This document shows positions 9,828 to 17,823 of a DNA stretch of 43,800 nucleotides, piece after piece; within the stretch, counting starts at the first letter, position 1, and each line of letters starts with the position of its first letter. The stretch spans positions 1-43,800 of the IMG/VR virus record IMGVR_UViG_3300032097_000029; one strand, given 5' to 3'. The translations under genes and the position numbers were made by a program. The notes beneath the pieces were generated by a model, which saw only the letters and a list, made by a program, of their open reading frames with translations, was not told the origin of the DNA and did no database searches. The DNA comes from a virus. Taxonomy: Duplodnaviria > Caudoviricetes.

Positions 9828-10019
9828 TCAGGCGGTGGGCTGGTTGTTGCCGGGCGGCCGGTAGACCAGGTGGCGGTGGTATCGCGGCACCGCCGTGCCC
9901 GGCCGGCGGTGATAGAAGGCGGCGAGTCGGCGGTTGTTCTTCTCCACCAGCTGCGCCTCTCGCTCGATGTCGTTGCTGGGTGCGTATCGGATTCCGCGTC
10001 GTATCAGTGCCTCACGCAT
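9828..10019 (-). CDS. Small basic hypothetical protein
   Basis: MREALIRRGIRY..., 8-bp overlap with the upstream gene, GAGG RBS. Confidence 0.5.
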   Translation of the reverse strand: MREALIRRGIRYAPSNDIEREAQLVEKNNRRLAAFYHRRPGTAVPRYHRHLVYRPPGNNQPTA

Positions 10020-10209
10020 GGCTTGCCTCTCCCTTGCTGCCATTGATGAAAAGAACCGGTTGGCCGTCGGCCTCGATCACCTGGACCTTTGCCTTGCCCA
10101 CGCTCGCCAGCAGGGCGGCAGCGGGGCGGATGTGGGGCAGGTTCTCGGCGTCGAAGTCGATGACGTTCTTCCACGCGCCGGTGGTGTTGAGTTGCAGCTT
10201 GTATTTCAT
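10012..10209 (-). CDS. Hypothetical protein
   Basis: 65 aa, GAGGAG RBS. Confidence 0.65.
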   Translation of the reverse strand: MKYKLQLNTTGAWKNVIDFDAENLPHIRPAAALLASVGKAKVQVIEADGQPVLFINGSKGEASHA

Positions 10210-10222
10210 CTGGCGTCTCCTC

Positions 10223-10459
10223 TCAGTCCGCTTTGAGGCACTCGGCCTCGTCGTCGAGCGCTTGCAGGTAGTCCGTGGTCAGTTGGCCGCGCAGGACGAC
10301 CACGGCGGCGACGGGCATGCCGTCCTCGAGGAGCACGCAGGAGGCGCGGTCGTCTCCGGTGTTCTCCATGGCGGCTAGAAGCAAGTCGGGGTTGATGTCG
10401 AAGCGTGCCGGCCTGTCCGGATCGCTATTCCTGTATTGGTCGAGTGGTTGCTGGGTCAT
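10223..10459 (-). CDS. Hypothetical acidic protein
   Basis: MTQQPLDQY..., GAGGAG RBS; trimmed from a longer ORF. Confidence 0.6.
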   Translation of the reverse strand: MTQQPLDQYRNSDPDRPARFDINPDLLLAAMENTGDDRASCVLLEDGMPVAAVVVLRGQLTTDYLQALDDEAECLKAD

Positions 10460-10470
10460 GGCGGGTCTCC

Positions 10471-11079
10471 TCAGTGCAGCGCGGCGAGTTCGCCGGCGAT
10501 CTGTTCCTTGTCCGGCGCCACGTAGATGGCGGTGCTGTTGGCCGAGCGGTGGCCGAGCACGCCGCCGACGATGCCGAGCGGGTTGGCCGAGGTGCTCTGT
10601 TCCATCACGCGCTTGGCCAGGGTGTGGCGCAGCCAGTGCGGGGTGATGTGCTCGGCGCAGTCGATCCCGGCCTCGCGGGCCCACTGCTTGATCCGCGCCT
10701 CGACCGAGCGCACGGACAGGCCGGGGCCCTTGCGGCCGAACAGCAGCGGGGCGTCCGGGTCGCCCGGTTGGCCGGCGTTGCGTCGAACGGAGAGCAGGCC
10801 GCGCAGGGCCTCGTGCGCCCGGCGGTTCACCGGCACGCTGTGGCCCTGCTTGCGCTTCTGGATCTCCGAGCGCAGCGTCAGGCGGCCGGTGGCCAGTGCC
10901 TGGCGGGCGTCGTTGACGGTCAGGCCGCAGGCGGCGCCCACGCGGATGCCGGTGGCCAGCATCAGGCGGAACAGGTGGTAGTCGCGGCGGGCGAACGGGC
11001 AGTCGACCCGGCCGATCGCGCCCATCAGGCGCTTCTCTTCGCCGCGGGTCAGGTACTTGTCGAAAACGGTGGTGTGCAT
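10471..11079 (-). CDS. Small tyrosine recombinase, catalytic domain only (~202 aa)
   Basis: KYLT, RDYHLFRLMLATGIRVG, QKRK, TPHWLRHT, LGHRS, TAIY; GGAGG RBS. Confidence 0.88.
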   Translation of the reverse strand: MHTTVFDKYLTRGEEKRLMGAIGRVDCPFARRDYHLFRLMLATGIRVGAACGLTVNDARQALATGRLTLRSEIQKRKQGHSVPVNRRAHEALRGLLSVRRNAGQPGDPDAPLLFGRKGPGLSVRSVEARIKQWAREAGIDCAEHITPHWLRHTLAKRVMEQSTSANPLGIVGGVLGHRSANSTAIYVAPDKEQIAGELAALH

Positions 11080-11107
11080 GGCTTGTGCCTCCGGGCTTAT
11101 GCCTTGA

Positions 11108-11434
11108 TCAGTGCAGGTGCAGCGCGGCATGGCGCGCTTCGAAGAACCGCAGCCGGACGGCCCCGCATTTGGGGTCGGTGCCCATGCGGCAGATCGCGGT
11201 GTCGATGTCGAGCAGGGAGACGGGCACGCCGGGCAGCAGGGCGACCTGCTCGGTGCCGGTGCAACGCTCGATGCTCAGGTGGTACTCGCGGGTGCCGTTG
11301 TCCAGCCGATCGCAGAACAGCGTCATCAGGACGTGGCGGCCGAGAGTCACGGCCCGCCCCGGCTGAATCCACAGGTCGATGTGCGGCCAGTGGCAGCGGG
11401 CGAGTTCGGGGTCGAGCGGGCGGATGGATTGCAT
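11108..11434 (-). CDS. Hypothetical protein
   Basis: 108 aa in the early operon, GGAGGG RBS. Confidence 0.6.
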   Translation of the reverse strand: MQSIRPLDPELARCHWPHIDLWIQPGRAVTLGRHVLMTLFCDRLDNGTREYHLSIERCTGTEQVALLPGVPVSLLDIDTAICRMGTDPKCGAVRLRFFEARHAALHLH

Positions 11435-11437
11435 GGG

Positions 11438-11899
11438 TCAGCCCTCCGAGATCTGTTCGAGACGCGCGAAGAGCACCAGCGCCCGCTGGCTGTCCTCGTA
11501 GATCTCGCGCTTGATCTCACGGAGCCGCTCGCGGGAGACGTGCGGGTCTTCCAATGCCGCCTTGATGGCCTGGGCCGTCTCCCCGATGTCCGCCGTCCAG
11601 TCCGCGTAGGCCTTCAGAATCTCCACGTCGGAGCAGGGAAGGTTGGCCGGCATGGGGATGCACACGTGCCCCAGCACGCGGGCCTCGGCCTGGAGAATGC
11701 GGTAGTCGCGGGCCACCGCCTGGATCGTCACCGCCTCGTCGACCGAGAGGTGATGCGTGTCCAGCGTCGGGTTGACCTTGTTGGAGAGAACCGCCGGCGA
11801 CTTGCCGACCAGTGGCGCAAGCGCCCTGGCTCCGCCGGGGTAGTCGTGGACCACCGCGTACTTCGCGGCGTCCAGATCGGAATGCTCGAAATCGGGCAT
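11438..11899 (-). CDS. Phage regulatory CII-family protein (186/P2-like)
   Basis: YPGGARALAPLVGKSPAVLSNKVNPTLDTHHLSVDEAVTI signature. Confidence 0.8.
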   Translation of the reverse strand: MPDFEHSDLDAAKYAVVHDYPGGARALAPLVGKSPAVLSNKVNPTLDTHHLSVDEAVTIQAVARDYRILQAEARVLGHVCIPMPANLPCSDVEILKAYADWTADIGETAQAIKAALEDPHVSRERLREIKREIYEDSQRALVLFARLEQISEG

Positions 11900-12054
11900 C
11901 AGTGAGTCCCTCGTTTCCGTTCACGGTGACGGGTGACGAGGTGCTGGCTACCCTTGCCACGAATCGTTAGGATTCGCCGCGAGGGAAAAAGGTGACCAAG
12001 CCAGTACCTCAATCGCGCTCGACGGGAGTTGCCGCTCCCCCGAGCGCACCTACA

Positions 12055-12615
12055 TCACGTTCCGGTCAGTTCCATCTGATACGGGATGCCAAGCCGGGCG
12101 GCCTCCTGCGCCTTGAGGCGCTTGAGTTCGTCCCGGTCCTCCTTGTCCTCGGTCAGGCGCAGCTCCCGGCTGATGGCCAGGTAGTCGGCCAGCGACCGGC
12201 GACGGTCCACCTGCTGGCGCTGGTGGGCATCGGCGAACATGCCGACCGTCCGCTCGTACTCGTGCAGCACGTCGTCCCACTCGGCCTGCTTGCGCTCGAG
12301 GAAATCCGCACCGTCCTCGTTGCCGCCGGCGCGTACCGAATCCGGCGAAATAGAGTTCAGGAATGCAACGACTCGATCGAGTCGGATGCAGGTGGTCTGC
12401 CGTTTAAGGGGGGGGATATCCCCCCCCGAAATGCAGGTTCCGAGTCGCTTCGACATGGCCACAGACTTCACTTTTGCCTTCTGTGTCTTCCAGTCCATCC
12501 CGAACGCATCCACGATCGGCTTGAGCGGGACCACGTCCCGGCCGTCCTCGCACTGCGTTACCGGCAGCACCACGCCGGCGAACTCCAGTTCCATTTTCGT
12601 GACCACCTTGTTCAT
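12055..12615 (-). CDS. Antirepressor N-terminal (P22 Ant-N-like) domain protein
   Basis: VPLKPIVDAFGMDWKTQKAKV...CIRLDRVVAFLNSISPDSVR. Confidence 0.78.
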   Translation of the reverse strand: MNKVVTKMELEFAGVVLPVTQCEDGRDVVPLKPIVDAFGMDWKTQKAKVKSVAMSKRLGTCISGGDIPPLKRQTTCIRLDRVVAFLNSISPDSVRAGGNEDGADFLERKQAEWDDVLHEYERTVGMFADAHQRQQVDRRRSLADYLAISRELRLTEDKEDRDELKRLKAQEAARLGIPYQMELTGT

Positions 12616-12824
12616 GCGGACACCTCCGGCTGGCTCAGGGCTGGCTTGTGGTCGCCGGGGATGGCGACGCCTTCGGCCTTCATCCCGGCGCGAAGTAGGC
12701 GGGCCACCTGCTGGCTGATGGTGCGGTCCTCGCGGATCGCGATGGCGCGGATCGCGTCGCGCTCTTCCCGCTGCATGCGGGTCGCGATGGTGACCTTGTG
12801 CTTGTCGGGGGCTGGATTCTTCAT
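12612..12824 (-). CDS. Ribbon-helix-helix (Arc/CopG-like) regulator in the cro position
   Basis: VTIATRMQREERDAIRAIAIREDRTISQQVARLLRAG beta-alpha-alpha pattern; first gene of the leftward operon. Confidence 0.7.
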   Translation of the reverse strand: MKNPAPDKHKVTIATRMQREERDAIRAIAIREDRTISQQVARLLRAGMKAEGVAIPGDHKPALSQPEVSA

Positions 12825-12858
12825 CGTGGTAAAGTCCTTGCGTGTGTTTACGACTGTG

Positions 12859-12913
12859 AATCTAGTTCAGAAAACGGAACTAGTCAACAAGGGAGTTCCA
12901 CTTATTGAACCAG
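12859..12913 (-). promoter_or_regulatory. Early leftward promoter with two operators
   Basis: Minus strand TTGACT-17 bp-TAGATT (12887-12859); inverted repeats CTAGTTC-N8-GAACTAG (12862-12883) and GAGTTC-N8-GAACCAG (12893-12913). Confidence 0.75.
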
Positions 12914-12923
12914 GTGCGCGCAA

Positions 12924-13667
12924 ATGGGGGTAGCTGAACGCTTGGAATGGCTAAGCCATGGGCGGACGATCTACCCGTGGCTCATGTCGCGCGGGATGAC
13001 GAAGGGCACGATTGCTCGAGTTATGGGCGGCGCTCAGCCAAAGGCCAGCACAGTGACCCCCCTATGCCGAGCAGAGAATGCTTCGCTGTCATGGTTGCTG
13101 GATGGGGTAGGTGAGCCGTTCATGGTCACCCGCCTGGAAAGCGACGCCGCGATCGTCGAGCACCTGCATGCCCTGATGGACGAGGACTGGGAAGACCTCT
13201 ACCCCGTCTCCGATCCGGGCGGCCTGCGAGCCCTGGTCCTTAGCCAGGGTGCCGAGATAGGGGAGGGCGACGACGCCGTCCCCTACACCGCCATCGAAGT
13301 GATCGCCGGCCCCATAGGCAACGCCACCCTGGCCGCGGTCACCGGGTGGCACTTCGAGCGAGACGGGTACGTCCATCCCAACCGCCTCACGCGCCAGCAG
13401 ACCGCCGACATCGCCGCCGGCCGCGTCGGCACCTGGCAACTGCTGGACGGCCCCGAGCCGCTCCTGAAACGGACCAACCCGGGTCGCGTCTCGGAGCTGG
13501 ACCTGCACAGCCCATATTCCACGGTGGAGGACCCGCCCACCGTGCAGGACGTTACCGACATGATGCGCGTGCTCTCCCCGGAGCTGCAGGAGCGGGTCAA
13601 GGCCTACGTCGAGGGCATGACGGATGCGGTGGATTCAGTCACCGGTGAGGAACGGAGCGGGAAATGA
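12924..13667 (+). CDS. Prophage repressor (XRE HTH plus unrecognised C-terminal domain)
   Basis: MTKGTIARVMGGAQPKASTVTPLCRAENASLSWLLDGVGEP HTH; divergent from the early operon; no S24 peptidase motifs seen. Confidence 0.72.
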   Translation: MGVAERLEWLSHGRTIYPWLMSRGMTKGTIARVMGGAQPKASTVTPLCRAENASLSWLLDGVGEPFMVTRLESDAAIVEHLHALMDEDWEDLYPVSDPGGLRALVLSQGAEIGEGDDAVPYTAIEVIAGPIGNATLAAVTGWHFERDGYVHPNRLTRQQTADIAAGRVGTWQLLDGPEPLLKRTNPGRVSELDLHSPYSTVEDPPTVQDVTDMMRVLSPELQERVKAYVEGMTDAVDSVTGEERSGK

Positions 13668-14026
13668 AGCGGGACTGGGACACGATTCGGGAGATCCTTC
13701 TGAGGGTCGAGGATCTCGAACCCGGGAAGGTGCTCACCCTGGAAGACTTCTACAACGGCCGACACTACGAAATCGGGCACCACGTCGAGCTGCTGAATGA
13801 AGCAGGCCTGATCCTCGCCAGCATCCCCGGCCCGCGCTCGAATTTCCCCACCGAATTCTATGTCGATCGCCTGACCTGGGACGGGCACGACCTGCTGGAG
13901 TCCGTGCGGGATGCGTCTATCTGGAAACAGACCCGCGCCACGATCGCAGAGCAGGGCGGCGGCATGACGTTCGAGATCGTCAAGCAGATGGCCGTCGGGC
14001 TTATCAAGAACCAGATCGGGATCTAG
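13664..14026 (+). CDS. DUF2513-like protein
   Basis: MKRDWDTIREILL...HHVELLNEAGLI...RLTWDGHDLLESVRD; ATGA-coupled to the repressor. Confidence 0.8.
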   Translation: MKRDWDTIREILLRVEDLEPGKVLTLEDFYNGRHYEIGHHVELLNEAGLILASIPGPRSNFPTEFYVDRLTWDGHDLLESVRDASIWKQTRATIAEQGGGMTFEIVKQMAVGLIKNQIGI

Positions 14027-14052
14027 TCCCACCAACGAAAGGAGTCGAACCA

Positions 14053-14295
14053 ATGGGCACCACCTTCTATTTCGAGGAAGACCTGCCGAACGTTGATACC
14101 CACGTGAAGCGCGAAGACGGTGCGAAGAACACCGTGGAGGTGTTCGTCTCGCGATTTTCCGGGGCGCACGAGATCTACCTGCGCCACACCGACCCGGAGG
14201 GCAACGTAGCCGAATCGATCCTCTCCCCAGAGAAGGCCAGGAGTCTCTTCCAAGGGCTCGATAGCGCCATGGGATATTTGGGTTACCACCAGTAA
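14053..14295 (+). CDS. Hypothetical protein
   Basis: 80 aa, AAGGAG RBS. Confidence 0.7.
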   Translation: MGTTFYFEEDLPNVDTHVKREDGAKNTVEVFVSRFSGAHEIYLRHTDPEGNVAESILSPEKARSLFQGLDSAMGYLGYHQ

Positions 14296-14318
14296 CGCGC
14301 CGGGCCGGGAGATAGCGC

Positions 14319-14810
14319 ATGCACGTCATCATCCTGCTGCTGGAGTTCCTCGCCGTGTGGGTGGTCGCCGGGTGGGTCATCCGCCGGTGGACCGATAGCT
14401 GGATCGTCACGATCGGCGGCGGCTTCATTGCCATGCTGATCGGCGGCACGCTTCTGGCCGCGGTGATCAACGCCACCTCCAAGGGCGAGAGCGAGGATGC
14501 GGCCTGCCGCCCGGACCTGCGCTGCTGGGCCGAGGAACACCAGGCCAAGGCTGAGCGCGTCTGCCGGCCGGAGATCGAGAACCTCGCGCGCATCGATGTG
14601 CGATGGGACGACGAGTTCCTGCTCGACGAGTTCAGCAAGTTCAAGTGGGCCGACGAGGCGACCGGCACGGTGATGTACTTCGGCGACCGGGTGCAGTTCC
14701 AGAACGACCAGGGCGCGTGGGTGCGGCAGCGGTACTCCTGCACCTATGACCCGGCAACGGAGACGGTGCAGCGCGTGCGCGCCGAGCCGGGGCGCATCCC
14801 GTCCTCCTGA
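14319..14810 (+). CDS. Membrane protein (2 N-terminal TM segments plus Cys-containing domain)
   Basis: Two hydrophobic helices, then four Cys; GGGAG RBS. Confidence 0.75.
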   Translation: MHVIILLLEFLAVWVVAGWVIRRWTDSWIVTIGGGFIAMLIGGTLLAAVINATSKGESEDAACRPDLRCWAEEHQAKAERVCRPEIENLARIDVRWDDEFLLDEFSKFKWADEATGTVMYFGDRVQFQNDQGAWVRQRYSCTYDPATETVQRVRAEPGRIPSS

Positions 14811-14812
14811 CC

Positions 14813-15166
14813 TCACTCCTCGTCCTCGTCGTCCGGCGGGGTCGAATCGTCCTCGTCCAGCAGCCGGTCGATCGCCTCGCGGATCGCGAGTAGGGCGGTG
14901 ACCAGCCATTCCGGCTTGGCGAATTCCATCGAGAATCGGAGATCCAGTCGCATCGGGTTTTCCTCTGGCGTGTGTTCACCATGAGGATCACCCGGGGACC
15001 GGCCCCGGTCACGCGCCGGCGGGTCAGTTAGCCGCCTTGTGACCCGGTGGCATGCAAATCGCGGCCGGATCCCGGTGTCCGGTTCGCGGATGGTCTCGAT
15101 CGTCAGTGACGCGCCGGCGTCTCCCGGGCGATTCCAGAGGTGGGCGTGAATGCGGGTGGTGGTCAT
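14813..15166 (-). CDS. Hypothetical protein with acidic tail (alternative start 14953)
   Basis: GGAG RBS at 15166 and GAGG RBS at in-frame ATG 14953; ends DEDDSTPPDDEDEE. Confidence 0.45.
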   Translation of the reverse strand: MTTTRIHAHLWNRPGDAGASLTIETIREPDTGIRPRFACHRVTRRLTDPPARDRGRSPGDPHGEHTPEENPMRLDLRFSMEFAKPEWLVTALLAIREAIDRLLDEDDSTPPDDEDEE

Positions 15167-15258
15167 GGCTTGGCTCCATCGGTTGCGTCCGAATCAGTCT
15201 CGCCATGATTCCCCGAGGTACGTGCACCATGCCTGTGGTGTAATTTCCCACGCCTACG

Positions 15259-15293
15259 AAAAAGGCCGCCACCCTGCGGGTGCGCGGCCTTTT
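15259..15293. terminator. Bidirectional rho-independent terminator ending the late operon
   Basis: AAAAAGGCCGCCACCC-TGC-GGGTGCGCGGCCTTTT. Confidence 0.8.
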
Positions 15294-15343
15294 CACGTCT
15301 CGGCGTTGATGAAGGTGCCGATGCGCTGTCGGGCGGCTCGGTG

Positions 15344-16009
15344 CTAGGCAACCACCCACTGAGCGGCCCACTGCGCGGCGAGCCCCGCGCCAAAGATCCC
15401 GCCGACGATCCACTCGGCCAGCCCCGTGCCGGCGCCGACCCGGTAGGCCAGCCAGTAGGCGGGCGCGAACAACGCCACGGCCGCACTGCCGATGGCCAGC
15501 GCGGTGCCGGACTGACCGGCCAGCGGCAGCACCCAGAACATCGGCCAGTAGTGCCAGCCTCGCAGGAACAGGCCGGTGAAGTCGCGCGACCATCGCCACC
15601 ATGCCGGCCTCACGCCGCCCTCGTGGTAGACGGCATCGCCGTGGAAGCGGCGCACGGGGTGGATGCGCGCGGCATCCGTGGCCCACTCGGGGCCGAACAG
15701 GTGCAGCAACGCCTCGTCGATCCACGGCACTTCCGGCGAGTCGGACCAGCCGTCGCGCTTGCGCCCCAGGTCGAACCACGATCCCCAGCCGGACACGCTG
15801 CCGCCCAGGTAGGCGAGGAACAGCGCCGCACCGATCAGCGGACCCAGCACCCACCACGCCAGTGCACCGAACGCCAGCGCCGCACCCCACAGGCTGCGCC
15901 CTGGGAAGCGCGGGATCACCCGGATGCCCCCGCCACGGTACCGGTGGAGCACAGCGCCGATCGCCGCACCGGCGAGCACGGTCAGGACGACGACGGTCGC
16001 GCCTACCAC
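15344..16009 (-). CDS. Multi-pass membrane protein of unknown function
   Basis: GTG start overlapping the upstream stop, GAGG RBS; several Trp/Gly/Ala-rich TM segments. Confidence 0.6.
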   Translation of the reverse strand: MVGATVVVLTVLAGAAIGAVLHRYRGGGIRVIPRFPGRSLWGAALAFGALAWWVLGPLIGAALFLAYLGGSVSGWGSWFDLGRKRDGWSDSPEVPWIDEALLHLFGPEWATDAARIHPVRRFHGDAVYHEGGVRPAWWRWSRDFTGLFLRGWHYWPMFWVLPLAGQSGTALAIGSAAVALFAPAYWLAYRVGAGTGLAEWIVGGIFGAGLAAQWAAQWVVA

Positions 16010-16566
16010 GTCACTGCCTCGATGCCGGCCCGGTCGTCGTTGGCCAGCGCGGTGCGCACGGCGTCCTTCTTGGCCCAGCTGTGCGCCAGCCACTGCTTCT
16101 TGAACGACTTGGCTGCGTCGGTCAGGTCGATCATCTGCTGGGGAGTGAGCGAATAGACGACGTTCGACTGCGCCCGCAGCTGCAGCACCGCGCCGGTCTC
16201 GCCGGCATCGCGCAGATCCCGCGCCTCGATGGCCAGGCCAAGCAGGTTTGGCTCGTCCTGCGGCCGTGTCTGAACCACCTCGGCCGTGCCGTCCGGCATG
16301 GTGTAGGCCATTCCGCCGGCGAGTTCCGATTGCAGGCCCTGTTCGAGGTCGTCGAGCTTGTCTGCGGCGAGCTGGTCTATCGTCGGAGGCGGTGGATCCT
16401 GCAGGAGCGGGTATCCGCCGACGTCAGGGACGATCAGCATCCCGGATGCTTGCCCTTCGAGCAGCGCCATGTGTTCATCATTGGAAATTTCGACCGCATC
16501 TTTAGGCACGTTGTTTCCGTGAATTTTTTTTTCGTAGAAACCGCCGGTTTTTGCGCTGTAAAACAT
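16003..16566 (-). CDS. Tail fibre assembly protein (DUF4376-like C-terminus)
   Basis: MFYSAKTGGFY...VPKDAVEISNDEHMALLEGQASG...YPLLQDPPPPT; ends IEAVTW. Confidence 0.8.
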   Translation of the reverse strand: MFYSAKTGGFYEKKIHGNNVPKDAVEISNDEHMALLEGQASGMLIVPDVGGYPLLQDPPPPTIDQLAADKLDDLEQGLQSELAGGMAYTMPDGTAEVVQTRPQDEPNLLGLAIEARDLRDAGETGAVLQLRAQSNVVYSLTPQQMIDLTDAAKSFKKQWLAHSWAKKDAVRTALANDDRAGIEAVTW

Positions 16567-16580
16567 GAATGTCTCCTAAT

Positions 16581-17219
16581 TTAATAGCCAATAGCAACCC
16601 ACCGAGCCGGGGCATTTCGGCTGCTGGACCAGTTGTAAATGATCATATTTGTTGCCCCGCCACTCGAGGTGGCCATCTCGCAAGCTGCGGAAGAAACTGA
16701 GGAGCCGGTCGCGGAGCAGACGGCTGAAAGAACGGTGTTTGGAAATGCCACGGGGAAAGTTACGTTTGCACTTGAACCGGAGTTAATGTTGCTTGTGACT
16801 CCCCACTGAATGATCAGTCCGCCAGGTAGTTTTTGATATCCAGTGCTGGCGATGTTTTGGTTTGGACCCTGCATTGCAGCGCCCAGCTTGGCCCCATCAA
16901 TCGCCTTGTTCGCGGTGAATGCCTGCGCCTCGGCGGCCGTGGCAATCTCCAGAACGCCCTTCTTGCTCTCGGCCGCATCCTGCAGACCGAGCCCCTGCAG
17001 CGCGGCCAGCATCTGCCCGAGGTTGTCGTCGCTGGGCGTTATCCCGGCCTGGGTGATGACCTTCCGCAACTCCTCGCCGACCTTGTAGAACCAGAACGGC
17101 CCCGGCGTGGTGGCCTCGTTGACGCCCGGGGTGGCGGACTGTGGGTAGCCGTTGCTCGGGCTGCTGGGTTTCGGTGGCGGCGAGCCGGCGGCGTTGGCCA
17201 GGTAATTGCGCGTCTCCAT
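16581..17219 (-). CDS. Short tail fibre / receptor-binding protein
   Basis: ATTPGPFWFYKVGEELRKVITQAGITP N-terminus; GYQKLPGGLIIQWG...FPVAFPN...WVAIGY tip. Confidence 0.85.
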   Translation of the reverse strand: METRNYLANAAGSPPPKPSSPSNGYPQSATPGVNEATTPGPFWFYKVGEELRKVITQAGITPSDDNLGQMLAALQGLGLQDAAESKKGVLEIATAAEAQAFTANKAIDGAKLGAAMQGPNQNIASTGYQKLPGGLIIQWGVTSNINSGSSANVTFPVAFPNTVLSAVCSATGSSVSSAACEMATSSGGATNMIIYNWSSSRNAPARWVAIGY

Positions 17220-17232
17220 GGGGATCCTCCGC

Positions 17233-17823
17233 TTAGGTGTATTCGAACAGCGCGACGGTGTGCGCTGGCTTGAGTCGGTTGATGACGCACTCGAGCCGGG
17301 TGGTCGGTGCGGCCTCGCCGAGTGATTCGTCGACGGACGAGTCGGCGTTGAACTGGTCGATCGGTGGGGTGGGTGCTCGGATCGTCCAGGCGTGGGCCCA
17401 GTCCTCGCTGTAGATGGGCGCGTCGACGGTGGCCTCGACGGTGTGCGGGTCGTACTCGACGATCGTCGCGTCCGGAAAGCCGAGCCGTTCGGCCACGCCG
17501 ATGAAGTAGCTGCGGCTCTGGCCGCCGGTGTTGGTCAGGCGGGCGAGCAGATCCTCGCGGCGCTGGGCGATCGTCGCGCCCAGGCCGGAGCAGCTGTCCG
17601 GCAGCCCGGCCCAGCGCTCCCAGTCCTCGAGCATTTCCACCACGCTGCGCGGATCGAGCTCGTCGAGCAGGGCCAGCGTCCGGCCGTCGAGGCGGGCCGG
17701 CTCCTCGGCCAGCGCGGCGGTGAGGCGCTCGGCGGTGGTGCCCGGCTCGCGCAGGGCATCCCACAGCGCGCCGCGCGGGAGCAGGGCGAGCAGCTGGGCC
17801 TGGTAGTCGGCACCGCTACGCAT
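17233..17823 (-). CDS. Baseplate wedge protein (Mu gp48 / DUF2313-like)
   Basis: LLALLPRGALW, MLEDWERWAGLPD, LECVINRLKPAHT. Confidence 0.88.
   Translation of the reverse strand: MRSGADYQAQLLALLPRGALWDALREPGTTAERLTAALAEEPARLDGRTLALLDELDPRSVVEMLEDWERWAGLPDSCSGLGATIAQRREDLLARLTNTGGQSRSYFIGVAERLGFPDATIVEYDPHTVEATVDAPIYSEDWAHAWTIRAPTPPIDQFNADSSVDESLGEAAPTTRLECVINRLKPAHTVALFEYT

Noticed and set aside
11095-11106. Third copy of the late-leader motif (AGGCATAA) upstream of the small recombinase
   Set aside because: Only 8 nt match; no CGATAAC, promoter or hairpin.
11893-11904. 12-bp match CGGGCATCAGTG with 39301-39312
   Set aside because: A single short match in GC-rich DNA; the palindrome is not preserved; compatible with chance.
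12854-12870. LexA box in the early promoter
   Set aside because: Spacing is CTG-N11-CAG, not CTG-N10-CAG; the GTTC-N8-GAAC operator explains the site better.
15344-17219. Invertible tail-fibre cassette or diversity-generating retroelement
   Set aside because: No second inverted fibre tip, serine invertase, reverse transcriptase or TR/VR pair seen.
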